64,000 nucleotides of DNA from Ignavibacteriota bacterium. Lineage in GTDB: Bacteria; Bacteroidota; Ignavibacteria; UBA10030; UBA6906. The stretch covers positions 480,001-544,000 of the forward strand of contig CAWDEM010000004.1 in assembly GCA_963801355.1 (NCBI GenBank). The letters run 5' to 3'. The translations under genes were made by a program, and so were the position numbers. Below are positions 29,699 to 40,388 of this stretch, piece after piece; position 1 is the first letter of the stretch, and each line of letters starts with the position of its first letter. Under the pieces are notes generated by a model. That model had not been told where the DNA came from and searched no databases. It saw only the letters and a program-made list of their open reading frames with translations.

Positions 29699-32404
29699 AT
29701 GGAGAATATGGCACCCCCTCAAGACTCGAAGAAAATCGTTGTGGTTGGTGGTGACGTCACAATGGACTGGAATATTGCCCGGAGCCGCCACTCCGAAAGC
29801 GACAGATCGGTCTGGAACGCGGATGATTGCACACGGGTCTACTGGCAGCGGGGCGGGGCGGCCCTTGTCGGCGATCTCATCGAAGCGGTAGCCGGTCAGC
29901 TTCAAAAGGCCGGGAGGGCAGAGTATACAGTCCGACAGACGTCAGTACTCCGCGAGCCACCGCGGCCAGGCGACGAACGATTCCATCATTCGTATGCGAT
30001 GTGGTCTCCATGCAAGTACGGGGCAAAGCCACCCCTTGATTCGGAAAAATCTGCCTGGCGAGTGGAAGAGTTTCTGGGACTTGATCGAAATCAACTCGAT
30101 GGGGCGGATAACGTGCCCGATTGGATGTCTGTGTACGACGATCCACCCGATGCCACTATTGTAGTACTGGACGACGCCGACCTGGGCTTCCGCTCCATGG
30201 CGCAGCTCTGGCCCAAGGCCGTCACGGAAGGCAACCAGGGGCCATGGGTTGTGCTGAAATCCTCGAGGCCCGTTGCCCAGGGAAAACTTTGGGAGCACGT
30301 GAGCGCACGTTGTCCGGAACGGCTCATCGTGATCATGACGGTGAATGATCTGCGCCTCTCCGAAGTCCAGATCAGCCGCGAACTCTCCTGGGAACGGACC
30401 GCACAGGACGTCGCCTGGGAACTTGTTCACAATCCACGTATCAACGCCCTGTCACGATGCGCTCACGTCGTGGTCTCGTTTGACATGGCGGGTGCAGTCC
30501 TACTTTCAGGGTCGCGCTGCCATCTCTTCTTCGACCCCCGCGTGATCGAAGGGATGTGGGAACGAAGCTTCCCCGGCGGAATGGTGGGCTATACATCCAC
30601 CCTGGCCGCGGGCATTGTGCGTGAGCTCATGCTCTCATCAGACGCACCGGAAATCGGTCGGGGTATCAGATCAGGCCTGGGGGCGATGCGAAAACTTCAT
30701 ATGGAAGGGTATGGTGAACGGGGTGCGAATGCACATTCAGCAAAACTGGCATTCCCGACAGCCGCGATCGTCACTGAGCTGGAGAAGGGAAGCGACATCT
30801 TCGCTGATGTTGAAGTCCAGGACCCTCTTCGCTCTCATGTGGGATTCTGGGCGATACTGGAAGACCGGTACACGGAGAATTTGAATTCCACCGCCCAACG
30901 AATTGTTCTCGAAGGCGCGGAACCTGTCCTGAAAGGTGTCCCGCTCGGACAATTCGGTGGACTTTTGACCGTGGATCGAGGCGAGATTGAGGCCTTCAGG
31001 AGCATCCGAACACTTGTAGCTGAGTATAGCCACCAGGGCAAGCAGAAGCGTCCTCTCAATATTGCCGTATTCGGTGCGCCCGGGTCGGGAAAATCGTTCG
31101 GCATCACAGAAGTTTCCAAATCGCTCCTCCCCGGGCAGATCCAAGTGCTGGAGTTCAATCTGTCGCAACTAGGTGGCCCCGCCGATCTTCTCCAGGCTCT
31201 CCACCAGGTGCGCGACATCGGCCTCTCCGGTGCCCTTCCTCTCGTGTTCTGGGATGAGTTCGATACCGCCCTTGATGGGGAGAAACTCGGCTGGCTCCGT
31301 TACTTCCTCGCTCCGATGCAAGACGGGAAGTTCCAAGAGGGCCAGATTGGCCATCCGATCGGACGGTCGATCTTTGTTTTCGCTGGTGGCACCAGCACCA
31401 CCTTGGAAAAGTTCGGGCAGGGACTCGCGCCGGAAGAATTTCGTGCGGCAAAGGGGCCCGACTTTGTCAGCAGGCTGAAAGGATATGTGAACATCCTCGG
31501 CCCCAACCCACAGGCCCGAACGGCAGACGATGGACATCCGGTTGATCCATTCCACGTCATCCGTCGGGCAATCCTCCTCCGGTCGATTTTCCAGCGGACG
31601 ACTCCTCAGCTCTTGCAGAATCAAAAAGGGAAGAAGATGCTGAACATTGACTCAGGCGTGCTGCGGGCTTTTCTGGAGACGCGCGAATTTAAGCACGGCG
31701 TACGCTCCATGGAATCCGTGATCGCGATGAGTCTGCTTTCGGGAAAAGGCCGGTATGAACGTTCGTGTCTTCCCTCCGAGGCACAGCTAGATCTGCATGT
31801 ACATGCACGGGATTTTCTCGCACTTGTTCAACAGATCGACCTGGAGGGGGATCTCCTGGAGAAACTGGCCTCTGCGGCGCATGACCTTTTCTGTGAGACC
31901 CTTCGGGGAAAGGGATACCAGTGGGGTGAGAAGACTGATGATGCGAACAAGGTGCATAGCGCGTTGAAGCCGTACGCCGATCTTCCGGAAGATGAGAAGG
32001 AACAAAACCGGAGCACCGTCCGCGACATTCCACTTAAGCTTTCACGCGCCGGCTATGTAATGATCCCTGCCAGAAGCAGCGAAGCGCCGTTCGATTTTCC
32101 CGGCGCGGATCTGGAGCTGCTGGCGGAAATGGAACACGCCCGCTGGCTGAAGCTGAAGATCACTTCGGGATGGCGGTGGGCTGCGCACACCGACAAACCG
32201 AACAGGCTCCATAAAGACATGCTCCCATGGAAGCTCTCTCCTGAAAGACACTCACCAGACGTGCTTACTCCGGCGGAAGAGTCCGTACTCGGCAAGACTG
32301 TTCTTCCGGAAGCAGAGAAGGAAAAGGACCGGCAGCTGGTCAGGGTAATTCCACAGATCCTGTCGCGCGCAGGTTACACTGTCGTGAAGCTCGCGAAGCG
32401 ATGA
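29699..32404 (+). CDS. AAA+ ATPase (ClpB-D2-like) with two C-terminal RyR domains
   Basis: GAPGSGKS, VFWDEFD, IFVFAGG, DFVSRL, HGVRSM; RyR motifs AHDLF...GYQWG...HSALKPYADLPEDEKEQNR and EHARW...GWRW...EKEKDR; PfkB-like N-terminal start VVGGDVTMD. Confidence 0.8.
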   Translation: MENMAPPQDSKKIVVVGGDVTMDWNIARSRHSESDRSVWNADDCTRVYWQRGGAALVGDLIEAVAGQLQKAGRAEYTVRQTSVLREPPRPGDERFHHSYAMWSPCKYGAKPPLDSEKSAWRVEEFLGLDRNQLDGADNVPDWMSVYDDPPDATIVVLDDADLGFRSMAQLWPKAVTEGNQGPWVVLKSSRPVAQGKLWEHVSARCPERLIVIMTVNDLRLSEVQISRELSWERTAQDVAWELVHNPRINALSRCAHVVVSFDMAGAVLLSGSRCHLFFDPRVIEGMWERSFPGGMVGYTSTLAAGIVRELMLSSDAPEIGRGIRSGLGAMRKLHMEGYGERGANAHSAKLAFPTAAIVTELEKGSDIFADVEVQDPLRSHVGFWAILEDRYTENLNSTAQRIVLEGAEPVLKGVPLGQFGGLLTVDRGEIEAFRSIRTLVAEYSHQGKQKRPLNIAVFGAPGSGKSFGITEVSKSLLPGQIQVLEFNLSQLGGPADLLQALHQVRDIGLSGALPLVFWDEFDTALDGEKLGWLRYFLAPMQDGKFQEGQIGHPIGRSIFVFAGGTSTTLEKFGQGLAPEEFRAAKGPDFVSRLKGYVNILGPNPQARTADDGHPVDPFHVIRRAILLRSIFQRTTPQLLQNQKGKKMLNIDSGVLRAFLETREFKHGVRSMESVIAMSLLSGKGRYERSCLPSEAQLDLHVHARDFLALVQQIDLEGDLLEKLASAAHDLFCETLRGKGYQWGEKTDDANKVHSALKPYADLPEDEKEQNRSTVRDIPLKLSRAGYVMIPARSSEAPFDFPGADLELLAEMEHARWLKLKITSGWRWAAHTDKPNRLHKDMLPWKLSPERHSPDVLTPAEESVLGKTVLPEAEKEKDRQLVRVIPQILSRAGYTVVKLAKR

Positions 32405-32955
32405 TCGACGTTGGGGTGACAGGGCATCGAGTTCTGTCGGATATCGACAAAATCTCCGCCGGCATAGATCTGGCCCTTGCTGGTATTCAGGATGCCTATC
32501 CGGCGGAACAAATGGCACTCGTGTCTTCCCTTGCCGAGGGAGCAGATCGGCTGGTTGTTTGGCGGGCGCTCGAGCGGATGACGGTGCGGCTGATTGTGCC
32601 GCTCCCGCTTCCGGTTGCGCAATATTTGACCGACTTTGTCACAGCGGCCTCAAAAGAAGAATTCCGTGCACTTCTCGGTCGTGCCCATGAGACCATTGCG
32701 TTGCCCCCTGCGCCATCGCGCGTCGAGGCATATGAGACAGCAGGGCGATACGTTTTAGAGAGATGCGGTGTTTTGATTGCAGTTTGGGACGGCTGCGCTT
32801 CCCAGGATGTGGGAGGAACAGGTGCAATTGTGCGTGAGGCCCGCAAGCGGGGCCTCCCTCTCGCGTGGATTCATGCAGGGAATCGAATTCCGGGGACGAT
32901 GCGGCCGACCTCATTGGGAGAGGAGCAGGGAAGAGTGACCTTCGAGAACATGTGA
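32401..32955 (+). CDS. SLOG-superfamily (YpsA-like) nucleotide-binding protein
   Basis: VGVTGHR, SSLAEGAD, LIAVWDG...GGTGAIV motifs; ATGA overlap with the ATPase gene. Confidence 0.8.
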   Translation: MIDVGVTGHRVLSDIDKISAGIDLALAGIQDAYPAEQMALVSSLAEGADRLVVWRALERMTVRLIVPLPLPVAQYLTDFVTAASKEEFRALLGRAHETIALPPAPSRVEAYETAGRYVLERCGVLIAVWDGCASQDVGGTGAIVREARKRGLPLAWIHAGNRIPGTMRPTSLGEEQGRVTFENM

Positions 32956-32958
32956 GGG

Positions 32959-34773
32959 GTGATCATGCGTCCGCCGCGATTTTCTGTCAGAGCTCGTTCG
33001 TTCTACAGAAAGCACCTCAGCCTCCTCTGGAGGAAATCGGAGTGGCCCATCGTGGTCCTCGCTGCATCTACGGCCTTTGTGCTCGGCGCAGTCGGATTCT
33101 CAGAGCACTCTGCCTCTGCCGACGAATCCCATACCCTTCTGGATATTGTGTACCTTACCATTCAGCTCTTTGTCCTTCAGTCCGGAGCTGTGACTCCTTC
33201 ACTTCCCTGGCAGCTTGAGATTGCGAGGTTCCTTGCTCCTGCTATCGCCGGCTACACCGCCGCCCGTGCCCTTGCACAAGCGCTGCGCCGTCAGCTGCAA
33301 TCTCTCCATGCCGGTTTTTTCAAGAACCACGTCGTCATTGCCGGATTGGGCAAGAGAGGAATGCTCCTTGCAGAAGCATTTTATCGTCGCGGGGAGCGGG
33401 TGATCGTGATCGAGTCCGACGATGCGAACGATTTCATCCCTCTCTGCGTGGCGTTGGGAATCCCCGTTTTGGAGGGGGATGCCCGTCAGGCCGGGACGCT
33501 CCTGCTGGCCGGCATCCGCCGGGCTGCACGGTTGTTCGCGGTGGGGAGCGACGACGGAATCAACGCCGAGATTGCCGTCCAGGCACGCACCCTTTGCGCA
33601 CAGCGGACGGGGAATCCGCTCACCTGTCATCTTCATCTCGTTGATCCCGCCCTGTGCGAACTCTTGCAGGAAAGGGAGTTGTCCATCGTTGCCAGCGATC
33701 GCGGTGCCCGATTCGAGTTCTTCAATATCTTTGAGACTGGAGCGCGAGAGATCCTGAAAGAGTACCCTGCCTTCGAACCGAAGTCGCAGCTGCGCCAGCA
33801 CCTGGTGGTGGTCGGCGTGGGACACTTCGGGGAGAGCCTCATCGTCTATGCCGCAAAGGCATGGTGGAAGACCCGCTCCTTGCGGGGCGGACGCCTGCGG
33901 GTCACGCTCCTGGACCGCAACGCCACGCAAAGGCAGAAGATGCTCTCAGTACGGTACCCCCGCCTGGAGCAGGCCTGCGAGCTCATTCCTATTGACATGG
34001 ATATCGACTCACCTGAGTTCTTGCAAGGGGTTTTCCTCGAAGATGACAGTGACCGGCATGGCGTGACGTCGATCTATGTTTGTCTGGACGACGATGCCGT
34101 AGCACTTTCGGCAGGCCTCATGTTGCATGAAGTAGTGAAGGGCCTGGACATTCCCGTGGTTGTTCGGCAGGCGGGAGAGGGCGGCTTGGGCTCCTTCCTA
34201 CAAAAGCGGGTGCCGGACTCGAGCCGGGGGGAGGGCCTGGAGAGTTTCCCGCTTCTGGAGAAGACGTGTCAGCCGGATCTCCTCGTCGGCGGGACGTACG
34301 AAGTCCTTGCCCGTGCGATTCACGAAAAATACATCACGACACAGTTGAAGGCGAAGCCAGCTGTGGATCCTGCGCTTGTACCCTGGGAACACTTGCCCGA
34401 AGCCCTGAAGGAGTCAAATCGCCAGCAGGCAGACAGTATCGGAACCAAGCTGAACCGTTTCCGGTGCATTCTCGAGCCCCTGCGGGACTGGGATGCTTCC
34501 ATCTTCAAATTCTCTCCACAGGAGGAGGAAGTGCTCGCCAGGATGGAACATGATCGATGGCTTTCAGAGCGGCGGCAGAGGGGATGGAAACACAATGCCT
34601 TGGGGAAAGACCTTAAGGGAAAAGCGAGCCCTGCGCTCGTCCCCTGGGAGCAATTGGGTGAGGAGGCGAAGCGAATCGACAGGGAATCCATTCAAAATCT
34701 CCCACTCTTTCTGGCGGAGATCGGACTCGGGATACGCCGGCTTCCGGCGGTGGGATCCCCGAAAGGACGCTGA
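32959..34773 (+). CDS. 2TM channel-like protein with two RCK/TrkA-N domains and RyR domains
   Basis: TM, pore-helix-like segment, TM; HVVIAGLGKRG and HLVVVGVGHFG Rossmann motifs; LVPWEHLPEALKESNR and EHDRW...GWK...LVPWEQL RyR motifs. Confidence 0.8.
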   Translation: MIMRPPRFSVRARSFYRKHLSLLWRKSEWPIVVLAASTAFVLGAVGFSEHSASADESHTLLDIVYLTIQLFVLQSGAVTPSLPWQLEIARFLAPAIAGYTAARALAQALRRQLQSLHAGFFKNHVVIAGLGKRGMLLAEAFYRRGERVIVIESDDANDFIPLCVALGIPVLEGDARQAGTLLLAGIRRAARLFAVGSDDGINAEIAVQARTLCAQRTGNPLTCHLHLVDPALCELLQERELSIVASDRGARFEFFNIFETGAREILKEYPAFEPKSQLRQHLVVVGVGHFGESLIVYAAKAWWKTRSLRGGRLRVTLLDRNATQRQKMLSVRYPRLEQACELIPIDMDIDSPEFLQGVFLEDDSDRHGVTSIYVCLDDDAVALSAGLMLHEVVKGLDIPVVVRQAGEGGLGSFLQKRVPDSSRGEGLESFPLLEKTCQPDLLVGGTYEVLARAIHEKYITTQLKAKPAVDPALVPWEHLPEALKESNRQQADSIGTKLNRFRCILEPLRDWDASIFKFSPQEEEVLARMEHDRWLSERRQRGWKHNALGKDLKGKASPALVPWEQLGEEAKRIDRESIQNLPLFLAEIGLGIRRLPAVGSPKGR

Positions 34774-34775
34774 CC

Positions 34776-37700
34776 ATGCCGATGCCCTGGAAGACAATCC
34801 GCATTTTCATTTCCTCCACCTTCCGTGACATGCACGCGGAGAGGGATCACCTTGTCCGCGTCGTGTTCCCCGAGCTCAAGGAACGCTGTCGCAAGATTCA
34901 CGTTCACCTGATCGATGTCGACCTCCGGTGGGGTGTGAGCGAGCAGGACGCACAGGACGGGAAGGCCCTGGATATCTGTCTGGATGAAATTGACACCTGC
35001 CGCCCCTTCTTCCTCGGTCTCCTTGGTCATCGGTACGGGTGGATTCCTGACGGTGAGCACCACTCGATCACAGCGCAGGAGATCTACCATGGTGTGCTCG
35101 GAAACGACATCCCACGGCAGGTTGTTGACCTTCGGGGAATACTCGAAGGGAAGCTCGAGCACCGGCCGCTGACCGAAATGCAGCGGGATGTGCTGCAGCG
35201 TGCGTACCGCCAGGATCTGCAGAAAAGAAAACACATTCTCGCGGAGGACGTCACTGACGAGGAAAGGAACGTCATCTGTTCGGTGTTCGCCGGTTACGCC
35301 CGATACCAAAAGGACCGCAGCTTCTTCTTTTTCCGTTCCGAAGCCCTAAGCCGGCAACTGGCGGGTTCACGTCTGGCGGAGTTCTTCGAAGAGACGGGCG
35401 AGATGAGAGAACGACTTGCCCGCCTCAAGAATCAGATTCGGGAATCCGGTCTCAGCTGGTTCGATTATGACACCGTGGAAGAACTCGGGCAGAAGATCGT
35501 GGAGTCGCTCTGGACAGCGATCGGCCATGAGGTAGGCCCGCAGCCCGAGCCTGCGGTGGATTGGGTGGAGGAAGAAACCGAGCTCCACCAACTGTTCATC
35601 GCGGAGAGGACCCCGAGATTTGCGGGAAGGCGGGAGACACTTGATGCCCTGCACCAGTTTGTCGAAGACGAGTCCGATGCCCGGGTTCTACTTGCGTCGG
35701 GCGAACCTGGCTGCGGCAAGTCCGCTCTGTTCGCCCGGTTCACAGAAGAGTTGACCGGCCGCCACCCTGACTGGCAAGTGATCTCACATTTTGCCGGTGC
35801 ATCCGCCGCATCGACATCACTCAACTCGATGCTTCGAAGACTATGCACGATTCTGTACCGAACCTGCGGTTTCCTCAGGCAAATGGAACATCGCCTCCGA
35901 GACGTGCAGGGAGACGACGAACGCGCTCGGGCGGCCCGGGAGGTCATCGAAAAGGAGTACACCATCCCGGAGCGGACGGCGGACCTCATCCTCACGCTTT
36001 CCTCCTTCATCCGCATGGTGGAATCATCGAAAAGAGTCGTGCTCATTCTCGATGCGGTAGACCAGATAGACGTTTCGGTTGAATGGGGACGGCTGGACTG
36101 GTTTCCAAGTCGGTTCCCTCCCAATGTTCGGTGTATCGCCAGTTCTGTTCCCGGCCGGACTTTTGACGCCCTAAAGAAACGATGTGCCGGCTCCCAAATC
36201 CTCACAATCCACGGATTGGCAGTACAGGATCTCCGCGCTCTCGTTTCCGCCTATCTAAGCGAAATACGGCATGAATTCCCCACAAAGGAAATCGAGTCTC
36301 TCTTCTTCGAGAAGGTGAAAGAAGGGAATCCACTCTACACGATCGTCGCGCTCGAGGAGCTTCGCGTCTTCGGCAAATTTGAAGCTGTGAAAGACCGGGT
36401 GCTGCAACTACCCGAAAGTATCACCAGCTTGTTCAATCAAGTACTGGAAAGGCTGGAGACCGATTTCGGTGAGTCTCTGGTCCGTACCTGTATGTCTCTG
36501 ATCTTCTGCGGACGAAACGGCCTAACGGCAGTCGAACTGAAGACCCTGCTGGCTCGGCATGCCGGTCTGCCGAACCTCGAGGCGGTGGACCGGATACCGG
36601 ACATGCTCTGGGCCCGCCTGTACAGCGCATTCCGGGTGTACGCAGTCGAACGATCCGGAGCGATCGATTTTTTTCATGGGCAACTCAAGGAAGCTGTCGG
36701 TCAACGGTATTTCGGGTCAGGGAGAGCACGAGTGCGGAATCACTCGATCCTCGCGCGGTACTTCGAACAACGATGGAGTGAACCATATTGGCGTGGGCTG
36801 GTTGAACTGCCTTTTCAGCTCACACATGCAGCAGATTTGGAAGGTCTTGCAAGGGTCCTGGGTGATCTCAGGTTTGTTGAGGCCAAATCAAGCGCGGAGA
36901 TGGTCACCGACCTGGAACTCGACTACCGGAGAGCACTCCTTATGTGGCCCGGGGAACAGAACGATCTCTTCGAGCATCCGGTTCCCGATGAAGATGAAAG
37001 TAGGAATATCCCGGCGGTCATTGCAGCCATGAAAGCTGTGCAAGTTGGGCCTGACGACAACGCCCGGGCTGAAGACGATCCGCTGCGTCACGTGCTGCAG
37101 ATGTCCTCATTTGTGTCGGCGTACAGCGTGCGTCTTTCCGAGTATCCGGGTGAAACCATCCCCCTTGCCCGGAACCATGCACGAAGCGGCTTTGTGGTGT
37201 CACAGGCAGAACGGCTCGCTGAGGAATTGTCGCGCCCCTGGCTGGCACGAGACCCCAGACCCGATCCCATGCCCTCTCGCCCGGCCTGCATGCGCCAGCT
37301 GGACGAAGGAGGTTTCAACACAGTCTGTGTGGCGCTTTCATCCGATGGGAGGTGGGCGGCAGCCGGCAACAAAGAGGGCAAGCTAAGAGTATGGGACCTC
37401 AGCACCGGGGATGTACGCGAGCCGTTTCCGGAACAGCGCGGATCCCTGTCACGCGTGGTATTCAGCGAGGACGGAACACAACTCTTGTCGGCGTCACTCC
37501 CGGAAAAACGGCAGGACTACATAGACGTGTTGATGACGGGGAAGAAGACAAAGAGCTACGGTATCGAGAATGCGGATCCCGCTTCCGTGCGTCTGTGGGA
37601 TGTTGAATCCGGTGCGCTCCTCCGCAGCACTCGCGGAATAGCCGAAGGCGCCGCAGGTGTGGCGACGTCGTTTGATCTCCGGATGGGATTGCTCGCATGT

Positions 37701-40388
37701 GTGGAGAAAGCCGAAGTCTGGGATCTCGTCAGCGGTCGATCACTTCGCACGCTTCAGGGATATTCCGCAACAGAGATGTCACTAGCCATGACGCCTGACG
37801 GGAGGGTCGGCATCACCGGAGGTCAGGACCGGGAGGCCAGGCTCTGGGATATTCTCTCCGGCACATGCCTCAGGATTCTCCACGACCACACCTCTGTTGT
37901 GAGCGCAGTGGCCGTTACGCCGGACGCCCGGTTCGTTGCCTGTGGGTGCGGGAAGGAAGATTTGGAAGTGAGAGGAGGGGGGCTCGTGGTCTGGGATTTG
38001 CAATCAGGCAAGCTACTCAAGGGATTCGAAGGGCATGAGGACGCCGTGACCGGAGTCTGGCTGAGTCCCGATGGCCGTCTGCTTCTCTCCGCCGGCGAAG
38101 ATGAGGTCATACGTGCGTGGGATGTTGCGTCGGGAGAATGCATACGCGCGATACAAACGCCGGCGCCCGTGATAATGTTTGCGGTCTCGCGATCCGGAAA
38201 AATAGCGGTTACACTGGACAAGGCGAGAAACCTCCACGCCTGGAATATTGCCACTGGGAGGGCGCCGCGGACAGTTCGCCGCAAGGCGGAAACGCCGGTA
38301 TCGGGACCGGCGGACCTCCACCGTGTTCTCGCGTCGCTCAAGTACTACACTCCCTCAATAAACGGGATAGCAGTTCTCCCACCGGGGAGGGAGGCCGTTG
38401 CCTGCCGGGGCGACTGCTGCGTGACCACATATGACCTGAACACAGGTGATGCTGTCCAAACGCTCACAGGGCACCAGCTCGACATCAATGACATCGCAAA
38501 CGCAACTGCGACGGTCGTCGTCACCGCAGCTTCCGACAACCAGATCCGGGTGTGGGACACCGGTCCGGGCAAGTGCATGCGTGTCCTGAAAGGACACACG
38601 GGCTCAGTCCATGCCGTTGCTATCACACCTGACGGGCGGTATGCCGTATCCGGCGCGAATGGAAGCGGAAAGGGGCCGGACGCGGATCACACAATGCGAT
38701 TGTGGGACCTGGCCGATGGAACCTGCCTCAAGATCATGAAAGGTCACAAGCACTGGGTTATGGATGTGGCATTCACACCCGACGCCAGGACGGTGGTGTC
38801 CGGGAGCACGGATCACTACATCCGCGTATGGGATGTTGCGACGGGAGAGTGCCGGTCAGAAATCCCTGTGAACGGAACAGAGAGCTATGTCGAGCGCCTC
38901 ACGCTTTCTCACGACGGCAGGCGCGCTTATGCGGTGTATCTTGACGGTTGCATTCGGGTGTGGGACATAGTTACGGGGGAATCGCGGGGGGAATTCGGCG
39001 CACACCGGCGCTACGGGACCGATATTACGCTTTCTCCTGACGGCAATACTGTGGTAAGTTCTGGGGTGGATGGAACAGTCCGCGTGTGGGACGCCGGCAG
39101 CGGACAGTGCCTAGTTGTGTACCATGCACACGCTCCTGTGAGCTCGCTTTCTTCGATGCGGGCGGATGGGACACTGGTCTGCGGGACGGTGGCGGGAGAA
39201 GTGCAGATACTGAAGTTGCGGGGCCGCAGCCAAGACCTCCCGATCGTGACAGGCTTTCGTCCGTTTCGGTATCCGGATTCTAGGGAGTCCAGGGAGAGTG
39301 CTGCGGGCCAATCGAGTACAGGCCCGGGAGCGTACGGTGGAGCGATCATATGCGTCTGTCCCTGGTGTGGCGATGAGTCAGCGATTCCGGCCGGCATACT
39401 TGCACGGCTCGAAGAGCAAAGTCGGAAGGTTGGCTCAGAAGCCATCGGATGCCTTGCATTGGCGGCAGAGAAGTTTCAGGATCCCATGCTTGCGATCCGC
39501 TGTACAGTGTGTGGGAAGCTGATGCGGCTGAACCCATTCGCGCTCGACAAGCCGGCCATGCCCAGGGCGTCATGGAGGAACGATCCCGTTCTGCGAGGGG
39601 CGCTGCATCCGGAACATCCTGACGCGGTTACTGTGCTCGTACACGAGAAGGAGGGCGGCATATCCGGACACAAACCTGTCCGCATGTGGGTGGAGATTTT
39701 CGATAAGCGCGGTGACGTCTATGTGGGAACGGTACGAAGCGAATCACCCCTTTCGACAGTGAGCGAAGGGGATACCATTCTGTTCGTTGCGGTGGAAAAG
39801 GCGAAACAGTTCGTACACATCACTCCACAGTACCTTGAGGAACGGAAATCATGGCGCTTCGAGCCATGCAAGAAGTGCGGGTTCCCGATGGGATTCGAGC
39901 CACCCTCAGTTCTTCTCGAGAGGGCCGTGAGCGACCCTGCGGATCGCAATCAAACCCTGCGGTGCGCGGTCCCGTGTCCGGTCTGCGACGGCCAACAAAT
40001 GCTTGTCCGCCGGGATGGAGGGGATGAGGATCAACGGGACGCGGAGCGGAAGACTGCAGAAACCGCACCGCCTTCCGAACTCATTGTCGGAGACATAGCG
40101 CGATACGTTCTCTTCAAGCAGGCGGTAGTTCAGGGGTCGAAAGGAAACTCAAAACAGGCGCTCGCCCTATATACGCAACAAGGACGAATCTGCAACCAAA
40201 CGCGGGACGTCGCAGGCTATGCCTTGTGCCTAGCCAATCAGGCATTGCAGACAGTACGATCCGGAGCGTCGGCCGGCGAAGCACTGAAGCTCGCGGAAGA
40301 GGCGCATGCCCTGTGTGTGCAGCACCGCCTCGCCGAGCTCGCAGAGCAGCTGGGGCCGGTTCTCGAGGAGCTGCGCCGGATGGCGTAA
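34776..40388 (+). CDS. giant DUF4062-STAND-WD40 receptor with Zn ribbons and C-terminal accessory domains
   Basis: IFISSTFRDMHAERD, VDLRWG, SITAQEI; GEPGCGKS, ILDAVD, GNPLY; about 14 WD40 repeats; CPWC/CTVC and CKKC/CPVC; helical TPR-like tail. Confidence 0.9.
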   Translation: MPMPWKTIRIFISSTFRDMHAERDHLVRVVFPELKERCRKIHVHLIDVDLRWGVSEQDAQDGKALDICLDEIDTCRPFFLGLLGHRYGWIPDGEHHSITAQEIYHGVLGNDIPRQVVDLRGILEGKLEHRPLTEMQRDVLQRAYRQDLQKRKHILAEDVTDEERNVICSVFAGYARYQKDRSFFFFRSEALSRQLAGSRLAEFFEETGEMRERLARLKNQIRESGLSWFDYDTVEELGQKIVESLWTAIGHEVGPQPEPAVDWVEEETELHQLFIAERTPRFAGRRETLDALHQFVEDESDARVLLASGEPGCGKSALFARFTEELTGRHPDWQVISHFAGASAASTSLNSMLRRLCTILYRTCGFLRQMEHRLRDVQGDDERARAAREVIEKEYTIPERTADLILTLSSFIRMVESSKRVVLILDAVDQIDVSVEWGRLDWFPSRFPPNVRCIASSVPGRTFDALKKRCAGSQILTIHGLAVQDLRALVSAYLSEIRHEFPTKEIESLFFEKVKEGNPLYTIVALEELRVFGKFEAVKDRVLQLPESITSLFNQVLERLETDFGESLVRTCMSLIFCGRNGLTAVELKTLLARHAGLPNLEAVDRIPDMLWARLYSAFRVYAVERSGAIDFFHGQLKEAVGQRYFGSGRARVRNHSILARYFEQRWSEPYWRGLVELPFQLTHAADLEGLARVLGDLRFVEAKSSAEMVTDLELDYRRALLMWPGEQNDLFEHPVPDEDESRNIPAVIAAMKAVQVGPDDNARAEDDPLRHVLQMSSFVSAYSVRLSEYPGETIPLARNHARSGFVVSQAERLAEELSRPWLARDPRPDPMPSRPACMRQLDEGGFNTVCVALSSDGRWAAAGNKEGKLRVWDLSTGDVREPFPEQRGSLSRVVFSEDGTQLLSASLPEKRQDYIDVLMTGKKTKSYGIENADPASVRLWDVESGALLRSTRGIAEGAAGVATSFDLRMGLLACVEKAEVWDLVSGRSLRTLQGYSATEMSLAMTPDGRVGITGGQDREARLWDILSGTCLRILHDHTSVVSAVAVTPDARFVACGCGKEDLEVRGGGLVVWDLQSGKLLKGFEGHEDAVTGVWLSPDGRLLLSAGEDEVIRAWDVASGECIRAIQTPAPVIMFAVSRSGKIAVTLDKARNLHAWNIATGRAPRTVRRKAETPVSGPADLHRVLASLKYYTPSINGIAVLPPGREAVACRGDCCVTTYDLNTGDAVQTLTGHQLDINDIANATATVVVTAASDNQIRVWDTGPGKCMRVLKGHTGSVHAVAITPDGRYAVSGANGSGKGPDADHTMRLWDLADGTCLKIMKGHKHWVMDVAFTPDARTVVSGSTDHYIRVWDVATGECRSEIPVNGTESYVERLTLSHDGRRAYAVYLDGCIRVWDIVTGESRGEFGAHRRYGTDITLSPDGNTVVSSGVDGTVRVWDAGSGQCLVVYHAHAPVSSLSSMRADGTLVCGTVAGEVQILKLRGRSQDLPIVTGFRPFRYPDSRESRESAAGQSSTGPGAYGGAIICVCPWCGDESAIPAGILARLEEQSRKVGSEAIGCLALAAEKFQDPMLAIRCTVCGKLMRLNPFALDKPAMPRASWRNDPVLRGALHPEHPDAVTVLVHEKEGGISGHKPVRMWVEIFDKRGDVYVGTVRSESPLSTVSEGDTILFVAVEKAKQFVHITPQYLEERKSWRFEPCKKCGFPMGFEPPSVLLERAVSDPADRNQTLRCAVPCPVCDGQQMLVRRDGGDEDQRDAERKTAETAPPSELIVGDIARYVLFKQAVVQGSKGNSKQALALYTQQGRICNQTRDVAGYALCLANQALQTVRSGASAGEALKLAEEAHALCVQHRLAELAEQLGPVLEELRRMA

